DNA from: Lepidodermella squamata
Lineage: Eukaryota > Animalia > Gastrotricha
DNA length: 64,000 bases
Direction of reading: 5' to 3'
Assembly (NCBI GenBank): GCA_047495785.1
Contig: JBLDXI010000042.1
Span: forward strand, 1,984,001-2,048,000
Positions 33,260 through 46,072 of this stretch are shown here, piece by piece (within the stretch, counting starts at the first letter, position 1; every line of letters begins with the position of its first letter). The position numbers and the translations under genes are program-made. The notes below the pieces were generated by a model. The model saw nothing but the letters and a program-made list of their open reading frames with translations. It was not told where the DNA came from and searched no databases.

Positions 33260-35340
33260 TCAAAGTACAAATTGAGGGGGTGTGACGTTGCACGCTATTG
33301 AGTATGCAATTTGCTCTTTGATATTATGAGTTCAACCGGCGCGACATACGCGCATTAATCTTATTCAACCATGAAACCGACGCTTAACTTGTTGACCGTG
33401 TAACCGACACCATTAACATTATCTATTCATACTGAAGTATAAATACCTACAAAAGGATAAAATAAATTGAGTCAGATACATTTCGGTCGTCTCTTAAACA
33501 TCAGAAAATTACTGCAAGTAAAAGCGAAACGAACAACCAACATTCGTAAAAAAAATTAGAAAATTTAAGAAGTAATTCCAAATTAAAGAAAGTGTCAATA
33601 ATTTCGAAGGTCTGGGCGAATGGGTGCTGCTTATAGTAAAACCTAGAAAATATATTTTCAAAATCGGCCTCAAAACTTGCCAAAATTACCTCTAAATGTT
33701 CAAAATTACCTGAATAAGATTGTCGAAATCGACGAAAATTCATGAAATAATTAGGCCAACAATTCCGTCAATTCCCGAATGAATTTAATTTCAACCAACT
33801 GTAAATTCCGCCGAAAAATCATGAAAACCTCGCCAACTCGGGAATTTGGCTGCTCTCTAGTTTAAACGAGAATTAAATTAGTGAAAATGACACGTTTATT
33901 GGGTTTTTTGCTTCGTGCGCGGCTTTCGTGCTTTAAGTTGAAGTTGTAAGTCGTTGAAGTTGGATGGGTTGCGAATTTTCGTCAGTTAGTGCACTAATCG
34001 TCCTTTATCCACCTTAATCCACTTGAGCAAACACTTCTCGCGTGTAGTCGCAGGTGGAAGGCAGTAGCTATAGTGGTTATTCGGCGGTTTTGCCTGCACT
34101 CTTCAGGTGACTGTATAGGTTCGAAAAATTATAGGGCAGAACCGAAATAAAGGGCAGACCATACATACAGGGCAGGACTTGGACTTCGTTTGAAAAAAAT
34201 ACAGGGCAAGGTCTCATAATTCGTATAATACGATACATCGCGAAAAACAGCTTCCTTCAGAAGACATCCGCCATTTTCGAGTCTTACAACAAAATACATC
34301 GCCAAAACAGGCCTTACATTTACTTACACCAACGAAATTTTGACCATTTACGTCCCTTTAGTTCCGAAAACCCGCAATTATTTGCCTTTACACGGCTTGA
34401 CAAACATTTTACCCACAAATTTCAGTTCATTTTAATTTTCCAGTTATTCTTCCAAACCAAAATACGGAATATAGGATGGTGTTCGCAACAACTTACAAAC
34501 CAATGTCAGGTACAGCCAATTTCAGGTGACTAGGCTTTTCGGCTAATTTAAGCTTTTTCGTGCCGATATGGGCTGCCGCGGTCACGCGCTTCGCTGCCTA
34601 ATTCATTTTAGTTGAATTTTGGCAACATTTAAGAATTTGTATACCGTGGTAATTGCGAAATCGATCAAAAACACTGAGGCTAACACTGCTGTCTGCCAGC
34701 GTGTTTTGGTTGCCAGAAGCATAGTCAAGGTTCAAGGTTGTCTCATCGTTAACAACGCAACGCGAAAAGTTTAGGCTCAGATGAGCTGTATCACATTGCT
34801 AATGATACTTTTAATGCTGTGCTGTGTTTTTCGAAAATATGCTACTCATTCATGGCTAGCTACGGAGCACGCAGCCTTTCTTGCATTTAGCTTTGTTCTG
34901 ACTGAGAACAGCAGCCATGAATTGGACGTACGCGACGAGTCCTGCGTTTTTCTTTTCATCGCACCATTTCAAAAGACGAGCAACTCGGTGCTGTCAGGCT
35001 GGATATGATCACACAAAGGAATGAATACATGAAACGCAAGAATTTGTTTCGCACCGGATATCAGCCATCAAGCCAGTTTTCATTGGCTAGGCTGCGCGTC
35101 TCTCTCTCTCTCTCTCTCTCTTCCTTGTGACGAGTGACACGTTTAAAAAAATTCGTTTTTTCATTTGAAGCCTTCCGTGAGATATTTACAATTTAAAGGC
35201 AAAGGCAAAGCTTCGATTGGCATTCGGAAGAATTGAAATATTAGTATAACTTTTGCTTTATAATATTGGAAACTCTTTCAAATAGGATGCTACAAACTAC
35301 TGCGTGAAAAACCTTCTATTAAGCATTCAATTTTCCAGAC

Positions 35341-38284
35341 ATGGAAGATTTTAAATTATACTGTGGTGTCTGTCGGCGTTTGATACCTGGTGTTTTTCGA
35401 CGCCTGTCGTCGCATAGTAGCCAGGAATCAACAAATCCTATTATGTCCATCTGCGATGCTTGCCGAAAATTTCAGTGGCGCTGCGAGACAGAAGGCGTGC
35501 CCGAGGACTGGGAATGTATTTGCTCAACGCCAAAAACTACCCAGAAAACCGCATTCGAAATAGTGAAGTGTCGTCCTTGCAGATATCAGTCGGGCTTGAA
35601 TGTTATCGAACATATTCGGAAGGTCAAGCGATCGAAAGGGGCGGAAATACATGAAGAATCTTTATCGTTAAAAACTCGCCAATTACCTCAATCGAAGCGA
35701 AAAGCTATGTTGGATGGTAGAAGATGGACCGATGAATTCGCTAAAATTCCCTGCGCAGTTTGCAATGCGCCCAGTAAGAAATATTTTTTTTCTGTCAGCT
35801 GTCAGCTGTTTCAGTTAAATCGGTGACCGTCAGGACGGGCGGAAAACATACATACCGTATTCATTCCTTAAAGCAGTTCCGACATACAAACTGATTAAAA
35901 ACAGCCCTAATTTTGCAGATTATCAAATTCCTCCTTCAAATTTGTTCATTCAACTGTTGATTTTCCCAGGTGATGGCTTTTACTTTGGAATCGTCACGTG
36001 TCATAACTGCGCGAGTCGAAAGCAGCGAAAAGCTATGGTTTGCTTACAGAGACCTCCAAATCTTGACCCACGGGTCGAATTCGCACCGAAATCTCCCTGC
36101 AATCCTAAAGCTGATTGTCAGAGCTGCCGTCTGCGCCGCTGCAATGATGCTGACATGTTCGCTGAGCGCTGCTCTCGGAAATGCCATTCGAAAGAAACTC
36201 CAGAACAGGAAACAAATGAATCATCTAGCAAGAGGACGGAACGGTACTGCAATTACAACAGAGACTACGATAACTTCCTTGATTATGATATTGATGATGA
36301 TTTCGATAACGTTGCTGAAGACTCATTGGAAGCGGAGCAACAATATCAACTGCCACGCCGTAAAGCTCTGTACGTCAAACTCGAAATTATTTGCATATAT
36401 ATATATATATGAAAAGAAATGTTTGTGTTGCTCCAGAGAACCGCTGCCCATGACTCGTCAGAAGGCCACGGAACCCGCGAGCGAGCCAGGTTCACCAGAA
36501 AGCGCAGTCGTTGCCTCTCATTCACGCAAATCAGCCTTGCCTGCACAGTCGAGCGTAGCAACCACGAGCGCACTCAATGCGGAGTCGACCTCGCAATTTA
36601 TATTTTCCTTCCAAACTGATGAAACACGCAGCCTGGAGCATAACGACTTGCCTCGAGGCCTGAAAAAGCATTTGACTCAGAAATCGCACGCGGAAATCAA
36701 TCGATCAAATAGGGGAAATTCTTCTGCGGGGTCGACCACAAATGTCGAAACTACCCACCTGTGTAGCACACAGCAGCCATTTCACAATGGCCAGCCTTTG
36801 GCAGTCTACTCGCATTTTCTACCAAGTACGAACACCAATGATGAAATGTCCTTTGATCAAGGAAGAATCTTACGAACCGTCACCGCAATTATTCCGAAGA
36901 CTTCAAAGGTCGTTCAAGCCGCTTCACCTGCGCTCGATTACAACGTGGCAGCCATCTTCTCAAGCGATGTGTCATCTACCTCAATCCATATAGTGTCCGG
37001 GAGAGATTCGATGGTCGATGAGAGGAAAAAGATTAATGGTAAGTGATAACTCAGATTCCATGTTTTATACTCCTAACCAAATCCTAACGGGTCCTTTAGA
37101 AGAAAACAAACAAGCAACGGCCGAATCGCAAAGACCTTCACTGGTTTCACAACCTGAAAATTCATTCTTGGAATGGCTAATTCAAAAATGCGTTTCAGCC
37201 ACAAGCAAATTGGCCCCAATATCCCAGGTATTTTTTTATTCAGTTTTATATATCGTTGGCGTCGTTTAATAAGTCGGATTTAGGCTTGTTAACATCATGC
37301 TAACATGTTTCAAATTGAAGGGTGACAAGTAAAAACCCCTTGGTTTTGGCTCTTCATTCACGTTAAAAAGCCGCAATACGTGGTTATACGTGGTATGCAT
37401 GGAACGTGTGACATGGGTCGGACAAATTTAGCTACGGGCACTGATGCTTAGGCAACGGAAACGCTATAAATTCCCATTCAAATTTTGGAAACTTGAGATA
37501 CGTTTTGGGTATCAAAATTTGATCATCTGTACTAATTGTGATATATTTGCTCATTCTTTACACAGATCAAAGTCGTAATCACTCCAGAAATGACTGCTGA
37601 CGAATCGATTACTGTCAAGGCAGAAGCTTTCTCCATTTACTTGAAAGCTGTTGGCGAATTTTTCTGTGCTCTACCCGGCATTAAGTCTATTGGAATGCAG
37701 GAACGATTTATTTTATACCTTCACTTGTTGTTCCCCGTTCTCGCTGCTCAAATGTCGTTGAATTTCGACAATCCAGCCAAATTGGTGATTGATCGTGATT
37801 CAGGGTTATGTGCCGGCTTTTCAATGCTCATTTCGCAAACTGAGAACGAGAAAATGTTCATGCTCAAGACCTACCTGAGTTATCTTGGCAACTTAGTGGC
37901 GGAGACTATATCTAACCTCCGAGAATTCGCAGTCTTTTGCGCCCTTCTTAGCTTCAGCCCAGGTATAGTCTTGTTACACTCAATTACAGAGCGTGCTCAT
38001 CATAATAAATCTCTCGACTTGTTTTTTCAGATGACGAGACACACGCCAGAGTCAGTCAAATTTCTTTGCTTCGCTATTCTTACGAGGTGGCGATGAAGCA
38101 CACGCTTGGCAATGCAGAGACCTGCCAAACTCGTTATTCCAAAGTGCAGCATTTGGTTGCTGTCTTTCGAAGCGGCGCCGACATTTTCAGATCGCTCATG
38201 CAGGAATTGCCTATGAGTTGGCCCAACTTTCATGTGTTAGCCAACCCGCTCGTTCAAGAGTTCCAACATCAATTTGTTAGCTGA
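35341..38284 (+). CDS. Host nuclear-receptor-like gene with two C4 zinc-finger modules and an LBD-like C-terminus
   Basis: Introns ~35774-35969, 36370-36436, 37039-37099, 37228-37565, 37963-38030; spliced CAVC..DGFYFGIVTCHNC...CQSCRLRRC; LBD-like FFCALPG...ERFIL and EFAVFCALLSFSP. Confidence 0.75.
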
Positions 38285-38548
38285 GATCATTGTAATCTGC
38301 TGACTGTGCGATCGTACTCAGTAACCTGTTGTGAATGGCAGTGTTAACCGTTCTGCAAAAATCTAAAGCGGTCTACCACAGGCTCAGTTTTTGGCCCACT
38401 TTTATTTTTATTTTTGACATTGTGAATAATGAATACTCTATCGCCTGGTGTGCATAGTACTCTAGAGGAAGCTACATAGTAAATATCGGAAACATGGGAA
38501 TTTTGATTTTTTAAAAGACACAAGCGAGCCTCACGGGGCAAGGTTTTC

Positions 38549-39430
38549 GATCGAGCCAAGCGAGAAGAATCGAGTGTAGCGAGAAGGCAGTATGACATCA
38601 AATCTGTATTTTGGATAATTTTTTTCCAGGTCAATGCAAGAAATTCATCTTGATGACGAAAGAACTCAGGTCTTGAGCCTCTCGGAGCCAAATAGCGAAC
38701 ATTCTGTTTGTTCACCATACCGCTGAGGCTAAAAATACATTCATCCGATGATAACATTCGGGGCAAACAATTTCGTCGCTCAGCGATAGCTTGAAGGATC
38801 GATGTGCAAAAAGTGCGTCGGTGTTGGAAACCTAAGGTTTTTGCACTTTTTGCACATCGATGAACATTTTCCGAACATGGTTAAAATCACAAGTAATATC
38901 GATAAAATTGCAGCAATAAAGTTCGATGATGATTTTGAAAAAATATGATTTCGAATCGGTCGAGCCTTGCTCACGATAGAAGTTTCGTTTCGGCCAACTT
39001 GAGGAATGAACTCGGGATCAGCTTGGTCGCCCCAGCTGAGACATGAAAGACATTTTTATCTGACATGAAAAGAACGAAAACATTTTTTTAGTGAGAGAAA
39101 ATTCAATAATTATTACCGATCTTCTGAAGTACTTGCGCATTTTGGGCCATATCTAATTTAGTTTTCATCCCGGAGTCATAGGAACGATCAATTGACCAAT
39201 CAGCGTGCTCGCCTTAGTCCTTACCAGTGGTTCCACAATGGTAAGATTTCAATCGAGCCAAGCGAGAAGAATCGAGGGTAGCGAGAAGGCAGTATGAGAT
39301 CAAATCTGTTTTACTCGAGCGAAGCTTGAAAACCGTTTGATCTGTTATGCGACCGGTGCGAGCCCCATTGTTCGATTATTTCAATAGAGCAAAGCTATAT
39401 TGATAATTTTTATTTCCAGGTCAATACGAG
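38549..39430. repeat. ~60 bp direct repeat pair bracketing the mariner remnant
   Basis: ATCGAGCCAAGCGAGAAGAATCGAG.GTAGCGAGAAGGCAGTATGA.ATCAAATCTGT at ~38549 and ~39252. Confidence 0.7.
38640..38990 (-). pseudogene. Tc1/mariner transposase remnant
   Basis: SDECIFSLSGMVNKQNVRY first-Asp motif; frame is disrupted. Confidence 0.6.
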
Positions 39431-41499
39431 AAATTCATCTTGCCATGCCAAATTTTATTCCAGAATCGCTGAGAAGATGCATTGTTGGAAATCATCAAAA
39501 ACATCTGAATTAAGGAATTATGGATGGCACGGAATGCAGAAACTCTTTTCCTGCACGAATGACCGCTTTCATCTTCGGTTCCTTCGTAACTTCGATTCAA
39601 GAGGTTGAGTAGCAAGAAATCGGTCATTGATTTCAAGAGAAGAGCATTAATTTTCATAAGTTGCGAAAAAATGATCCCAGACATTTCAGACATCTTAATT
39701 TAAAAACTTGCTGGAATTGTTGCTGTCTGTGCTTCGCAAACTCAGTTTTTTCGGCCCCCGATCCCCGACCCCGATCTTTAACGCAATGAGCGTCTTCAGC
39801 TCCCACTAAAGGGCGAAGAACGAGTTTTCCATCAGTCATGGCTCATGGCTGCCACTGGGGAAGCGTTTGGAGGACCGCCACGCGCTACCCGACAACCAGG
39901 ACGCCTTCCGTGCGCACCATTCTGTATCCGATGTTCCCCTCGCGTCGCCCACACAGCCGGCCGCTATCGACAGCGGACAGTGATAATTACCACTGTCGGC
40001 CTGCGGCCTTTGACAGTTGACGGGGAACTCCCGTTTATGAACAAACATTGATTCGATTAAAAAGATCGAAGTCGTCTATGTTACTTAGATTGAACGCAAT
40101 TGGATTGAATATATTTACCCTCAGTTACTGCCTGGCATGAACTGACTCACTAATGACGCAACTGAAGACTTCATTCGTCTTTCCACAGTTCCACACATTC
40201 TTAGCACGCCTATGTTACGACGCGCTCGTGTGAGGTCACCCACCATAATTACTCAGTGCGCGTAATGGCGCGCATGCGTTGCGTTATGGTTTGTGCGAAA
40301 AGCTCAGGTCACAATTCGGACAAGTCGCAGGTCATCGCGCGCAGAAGCTAAATTCGTTCGTTCGAATCAAACGTGCGTTGGGCTGCTGTTCATAGGTTGT
40401 TTGTGAACAGAAAAGAAGACGACCGACGCCATGTCACGAGAGCCGGCATGTGCGCTTGTCATCCGATGTTATCCGATGTCATGTACACGACGAGTGCGCA
40501 TGGCTGCGCGCACGCTGGTACGTTGCCAAAGGGATTGCCAGTCTTTTACGGGTGGTTTTTTACAGGCACACCTCTATCCTCCTCGTGTATGTGGTTTTTG
40601 TATTTTTACAGGTGCACACATACATACATATCCTCCTTGACGACGCACGGAACCACGGAACCACGGAACGGAACACGACCTACGACAACGGGAGTTCCCT
40701 GTCATTGTAAGTCTCGACGTCCAAGCGGCCTACTATTCGGTCACTACAGGGTGTTTCAGAACTCGCGCACTATGAATAACCTGCGGCAAATGCGCGCGCT
40801 TTCCTTACCCGCGCACTGTTTACATTTATATTCGCATAGATGCGCATGTACAAGACTATACTAGCCTATATAATATGCCTACACATGAATGTACAGTACA
40901 CATAATAGCACTGCCGTAGCTATTTTCTCGCGAAACCTTCGAGCCTCGATAAATTTGAGCTAAGTTTCATTAAGTATCTTTTTTATTTCGAGGATGATGC
41001 CATGTTTTTCTGAAAAATTCTGATTGATTGGGCTCCGGAGCTGAAGGCTAGATATTTCAGAAACTGAGGATTTCTGAGAAATTTCTGATTTGACTTGATG
41101 CTGAATTTGTCGATAAATCGTTGATTGATTAGTCTCCTGCCTTTGGATCAAAATTTCTTTCACGTTGCATGAATACAAGACCCCGACTGCACAAGTTGAG
41201 AAAAAATGACGTAGCTTAAACCACTGGCAAATGTTCTACATCGAGTAAGGACAGAAAATTGAGGTTTGCAGTTCATTACGCGGACTCAACGTAGCAGTCT
41301 GATTTCGTGGATAACTATGCGAAATTTCCACGAAATTAATGCCAAGAAATCCAGGACAAAATGATGAAGGATAAAGAAAGAAAAATCCGTGGCTGGAATT
41401 TTCAGAATCTTCTGAAAACTGAAGAAAAAGTGAAAAATTGGCGTTTTCCAGCCTTCAGTATCCTGCATCTCCGAAAAACCGAGGATGATAATTGCATTT

Positions 41500-42510
41500 T
41501 CTCATATCATTAAATAGCCCAAGGGCTGCTCTACACGGCTGGTCGGAAGCGCCGAAAGTCTAACCACGGGAATCGCAAGAGGACGCAAGTCAAATTTCAC
41601 AAAAAGGGTCGTAATGAGGCCGTTTTGGTGAAAACGGGTCAACTTTGCAACACTTCCTCTAGGAATCCCGTGGATGGATTTTTGATTTCTTGATATCGTT
41701 AGAAAGCGCGAGATACACTCTACAAGGCTGGTTGGTCGCGCTGAAAGTCTATCCACGGGATTCGCCACGAAATGCATGTTATATGACGCAAACAACGTCG
41801 TTGAGAGGCAGTCTTCGGCTTCTAACGGGTCATCTTTGCGACCCTCCATCTGGGAATCCCGTGGATAGATTTTTGATTTTTTGATATCTTTAGATAGCCC
41901 AATCTGTGCTCTACTATTCTGGTTGGTCGCGCCGAAAGTCTATCCACGGGATTCGTAAGGAGACGAAAGTCAAATGTTACAAAAAACGTCGTAGAGTGGC
42001 CGTTTTTTGGCTGGAATCGGGTCAACTTGGCGACCCTCTCTCTTGAAAACCCGAGGATGAAATTTCGATTTATGGGCATCGTTAGATAGCCTGATAGCTA
42101 CTCTACAAGGCTGGTTGTAAGCGCCGAAAGTCTATCCACGGGAATTGCGAGGGGACGCAAGTCAAATGTCGCTAAACGGGCGATAGAGAGGCCGCATTGC
42201 GGGGCCAACTTGGCGACGTTTCTTCTCAGAAACTCGTTGATAAATTTTTGATTTCTTGATATCGTTAGATAGTCCAAGATGTGCTCTACAAAGCTGGTCC
42301 GAAGCGCCGAAAGTCTAACCACGGAAATCACAAAGGGGCGAAAGTCAAATGTCGCAATATGGCTGTTTTTGGCTGAAATTAGGTCAACTTTTCGGTTCTC
42401 TTTCTTAAAAACCGTGGATGGAGTTTTTATTGCTTGGCCTCGATAGATAGCCTAAAACCCAATCTACTAGGATGGTTGAAAGAGCAGAAAGTCTATCCTT
42501 GGGATTGCTT
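41500..42510. repeat. Degenerate ~180-190 bp tandem repeat, ~6 copies
   Basis: CTAC...GG...GCCGAAAGTCTA.CCACGG at ~41531, 41720, 41911, 42103, 42286, 42464. Confidence 0.85.
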
Positions 42511-42953
42511 TCTTTAGAGTGCATACAAATGAATTCAAATTTTTAATGTCGAACCAGCTGGATACAACCCACTAGTTGAAAAAATCTTCATAATATTTGT
42601 TATTTGTTTTGCAAATTCGAAATTTATTAACATCCGCATTGACAAACTATCCGCTTTGAGATTTCTTAGTAGTGCCTATGTGCCGGTACGAAAACAGTGA
42701 GGCCGATATACACACTTTTTAAAAAATTGAAATGACAAATGTGGAAAATTGAGAAATTGAAAAATTAAAAATTGATTTTAAAATTTTAAAAATTTGAGAA
42801 TGAAAAAAATGGTCAATTAATTTGAAGGAAATTAGGAGAGATACTTAGTTAATTGGTAATTTTGAGAAGAAATGGTAAGTAGAGGCGCGTTTCTAAAACG
42901 GAAAAATATATTGGGTATAGGGTGTGCATTAAAAGGGTAAGAGGCGAGCGATT

Positions 42954-43351
42954 GGGAATCTGGGACCTGGAATCTGGAACCTGGAAAAAGTGGGGCTATT
43001 GCATAATCTGACAAATTCCGGGGGCCCAGAATCTGGAATCAGGAACGTGGAACCTGGAATAAGTGGGGCTATTGCATAATCTGACAAATTCCCGGGGTCC
43101 AGAATCTGGAATTGGGAACCTGGAACCTGGAATAAGTGGGGCTATTGCATAATCTGACAATTTCCCGGGGTCCAGAATCTGGAATCAGGAACGTGGAACA
43201 ATATATAAGTGGGGCCATTGCATAATCTGACAAATTCCCGGGGTCCAGAATCTGGAATCAGGAACGAGGAACAATATATAAGTGGGGCCATTGCATAATC
43301 TGACAAATTCCCGGGGCCCAGAATCTGGAATCAGGAACCTGGAACCTGGAA
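42954..43351. repeat. 73-bp tandem repeat, ~5.5 copies
   Basis: TGGGGC.ATTGCATAATCTGACAA at 42991, 43064, 43137, 43210, 43283. Confidence 0.95.
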
Positions 43352-43387
43352 TATTTTCTTAATCAAATATATGTAAAATAATTTATA

Positions 43388-43831
43388 ATGGTAGTACGAA
43401 ATTTGCGAAGAGATTCAGAATATCGTAAACGCGTGAGGTCGGCCATCAAGGAGTATGAGGGCACAAAAAAGAGTGTTAAGGAGATAGTAGAGGAATTTAA
43501 TATTTCGTCAAGCAGCATATTTTACTACATGAATAAATCCAAGGAGCGGAGTACCCAAATTGGAGGTCACATCGCTGGAAGCGAAACTCGTTCTTCGAAT
43601 ACTCGTTCTGCGTATCCTCGTTTTTCAAACTCGAACATCGAGCTTCGCTCTCAGGGTTCTTCGAACTCTTGTGATCGACTAATAAAAGACAAACGTCCGA
43701 TAGTGGAAAAAGTTCACCTGCAGTTAACATCACAGCCAAAAGATGAAGTGTTAATGACCCAGGCCGATGCGCCCGTGATAAAAAAGATTGTTTCCTTGCG
43801 AAAAGAAATAGAAAAATATAAAAAAAAATAA
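43388..43831 (+). CDS. Helix-turn-helix protein
   Basis: SVKEIVEEFNISSSSIFYY. Confidence 0.6.
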   Translation: MVVRNLRRDSEYRKRVRSAIKEYEGTKKSVKEIVEEFNISSSSIFYYMNKSKERSTQIGGHIAGSETRSSNTRSAYPRFSNSNIELRSQGSSNSCDRLIKDKRPIVEKVHLQLTSQPKDEVLMTQADAPVIKKIVSLRKEIEKYKKK

Positions 43832-43853
43832 TGAAATCCAATTATATATACTT

Positions 43854-44211
43854 ATGGAAGATTCTGAATACGCGTCTATGCGAGAAGTGAGGGAGTTGAT
43901 TGGTGTCCATGATCTGACTCTATCCCATGCAAAGAATGTAGCTAAAAAGACAATGAAAGAGCTGGGGTTAGCTAGAGCCGAAAATGAGTGCTTGAGGAAA
44001 GCTGTTGAGGAAACTAAAAAGTCACAGACCGCAAAAACAATGAAGGACGAATTCATTGCAGAAGTTACTTTCACATAACGTCAAATCAGAGCTCGAAAAA
44101 TGGGAAAACGAGCTGGAAAAGGAATATCAGCAAGCCTTACAGATGGGAATAAAAGAGTATGAAGCCAAAAACAAAATTTCTCTAAATAGTAATATTGAAA
44201 ATATAAAATAA
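43854..44211 (+). CDS. Hypothetical coiled-coil protein, probably frameshifted near 44065
   Basis: 74 aa ORF; an alternative frame continues as a helical sequence to TAA at ~44211. Confidence 0.4.
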
Positions 44212-44233
44212 ATATATATGCTCAATAATAATA

Positions 44234-44656
44234 ATGGAAGAAAACATAGGAAGAATAGAGAATATGTTGAAAATATTACAAGGCAAGAGCTCTTTACTTG
44301 GGAAGTTTTATGCTGATAAACTAAAATGTCTATCTACACAATTAAAAATTCAGGAAAATGAATACGCTTATAGTAAATTTTTGATAACATTCGGTGTCCT
44401 TTTCATTTGCGCTGTTGTCGTATATATTTATATTCAGAAAACTTTTTCTGAAGACGACCGTTCTGATGTAAGTAACAGTCACAACGATGAAGTCCGCAAA
44501 TTCGTCAAAAAAAATCAGATAATCCAATCAAATGAGCCCAAAAGTCAAAGAGTAACTTATAATCGTGAACCGAAACTAGATGGCAAGAAAACGCACACAA
44601 ATATTGCGAACTCAATGACCCCGAAAGCCATTAATGACACAGTCACCTTTTTCTGA
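44234..44656 (+). CDS. Single-pass membrane protein
   Basis: FLITFGVLFICAVVVYIYI. Confidence 0.55.
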   Translation: MEENIGRIENMLKILQGKSSLLGKFYADKLKCLSTQLKIQENEYAYSKFLITFGVLFICAVVVYIYIQKTFSEDDRSDVSNSHNDEVRKFVKKNQIIQSNEPKSQRVTYNREPKLDGKKTHTNIANSMTPKAINDTVTFF

Positions 44657-44697
44657 ATTTTAAATGTGAACCTGTGTATCACTGCAATTCGCGTTTA

Positions 44698-45411
44698 TCA
44701 AACATTAGATATTTTTAAACAAAATTCAACAGTCATAGGTTTGCTGGACGACATCATGATGCTGAAAGTGTCACCATTTTCAAACTGTTCTACGAAAGTA
44801 CAGTATTCGGCTATATTTCGGATCGCGGCGTAGTCGAATGAAAAATATTTAGAAATTAAGACACTGCCGTTTTTCATGAAATCACAAGTGCAGCCTGGCG
44901 AGACATTTCCCCAAATTCTAAACCAAAATTGCACATTAGCCAAAATGCTTTCGAGAAAAGACAACTCATCATTAATTTGAACCAGCAAAGTGTGGGTTAT
45001 AACCCTTGTTACCGGCATTTTCGTTTGGTCATTCACATGACTCTCACCAAAGCCTAAAAATGTTTGGCCATCAACGTATTGCTTGTTGACTACGTCAAAA
45101 AGACCTACGGGATACGCCACGTTTGTTATCCGACCACCATTCATGTCGATGGTTCTGTCATCAGCGTACTGCAGCGGCTTATACGATTCGATAAGTTGCC
45201 TGGATTCTTTTTCATTCAACGTGTTTTCTTCCACCCAAGATTTCGATGCTGCGTCATTTTCGAAAACGGGGCGGCCAAGATTTTCAATTTTGAAATTATT
45301 TGCGTTCATATTACCCATGAGTCCTTTCTTCCCATCGGCGCGTAGAAATAAATCTGACCCATGCAAGCTTTCCGACCATTCGCTAGGAATAAAAATTGAA
45401 CTAGATTTCAT
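44698..45411 (-). CDS. Fibre/adhesin-like protein
   Basis: Two repeats: MNANNFKIENLG.P....DAASKSWV and DMNGGRITNVAYP....DVVNKQYVD. Confidence 0.65.
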   Translation of the reverse strand: MKSSSIFIPSEWSESLHGSDLFLRADGKKGLMGNMNANNFKIENLGRPVFENDAASKSWVEENTLNEKESRQLIESYKPLQYADDRTIDMNGGRITNVAYPVGLFDVVNKQYVDGQTFLGFGESHVNDQTKMPVTRVITHTLLVQINDELSFLESILANVQFWFRIWGNVSPGCTCDFMKNGSVLISKYFSFDYAAIRNIAEYCTFVEQFENGDTFSIMMSSSKPMTVEFCLKISNV

Positions 45412-45416
45412 TTCAA

Positions 45417-45890
45417 CTAAGTAATGATTAGATTTAATTTTTCATGCCAGCGTAAAATCGTATCCTTAGAACGGCCCAGAGGGATTTTATTAGCGATGTC
45501 TTCATAGCCCAATTTCATTGACAAGTACTTCAGCACAAATTCTACATTGATCATATTTTTACCGGGAAATTCGGTGGAATAGAGCTTATCTATTTTCTGG
45601 AAGTTTGACATAATGTCATCGAGCTCATACCATTTGAGAATTAGTCCTAGTTTTCTGATTTTTGTCATGAGATGCCACTTCCGCTTGTAAGGTGGGGAGC
45701 GGCTAACCCTTTGATAGTAATCTATGAAAGGGTATGCGATGGCACATTTTGGACAAAAGTTGATGTGGAGACTATGATCAATTTGCAACTGTGATGAGCA
45801 CGTTTCACATTCTGTTTTAGAATGGCATTTCACACTCTTGTTTTTTATTTCGGCTAAAAGAGAGAGGCAATATTCGAATTCTTCGTCCAT
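45417..45890 (-). CDS. VLTF3-like zinc-ribbon protein (poxvirus A2/NCLDV late transcription factor family)
   Basis: CETC..16..CPKC, YKRKWHL, KNMINVEFVLKYL..LG, final W. Confidence 0.65.
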   Translation of the reverse strand: MDEEFEYCLSLLAEIKNKSVKCHSKTECETCSSQLQIDHSLHINFCPKCAIAYPFIDYYQRVSRSPPYKRKWHLMTKIRKLGLILKWYELDDIMSNFQKIDKLYSTEFPGKNMINVEFVLKYLSMKLGYEDIANKIPLGRSKDTILRWHEKLNLIIT

Positions 45891-46072
45891 AACCAGGAAA
45901 GCACTTACTACCTTTTACAAACAAAATATTTTGTCCTGATTCGACAATTCACAAATTTGCTCTTTTTGGAGCCGAAAATTTGAGAATTGCTCACTTACTT
46001 GTTTTCCGAAACCTTTCATTGTTCGTTAAAGGTTTCAGTATGCTCCTTACACTTCAAATAATGCATTCTTTG

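Noticed and set aside
40746-40770. TACAGGGTGTTTCA as a mariner TIR or left end of C
   Set aside because: No matching inverted partner found in the window
39421-40864. Short ORFs between the mariner remnant and C
   Set aside because: No recognisable motifs or consistent gene model
41502-42331. Repeated short ORFs (PVDRLSA)
   Set aside because: Translations of the ~185-bp repeat, with stops and frame changes
42954-43351. CRISPR array
   Set aside because: Whole 73-bp units repeat with no unique spacers; no cas genes; eukaryotic context
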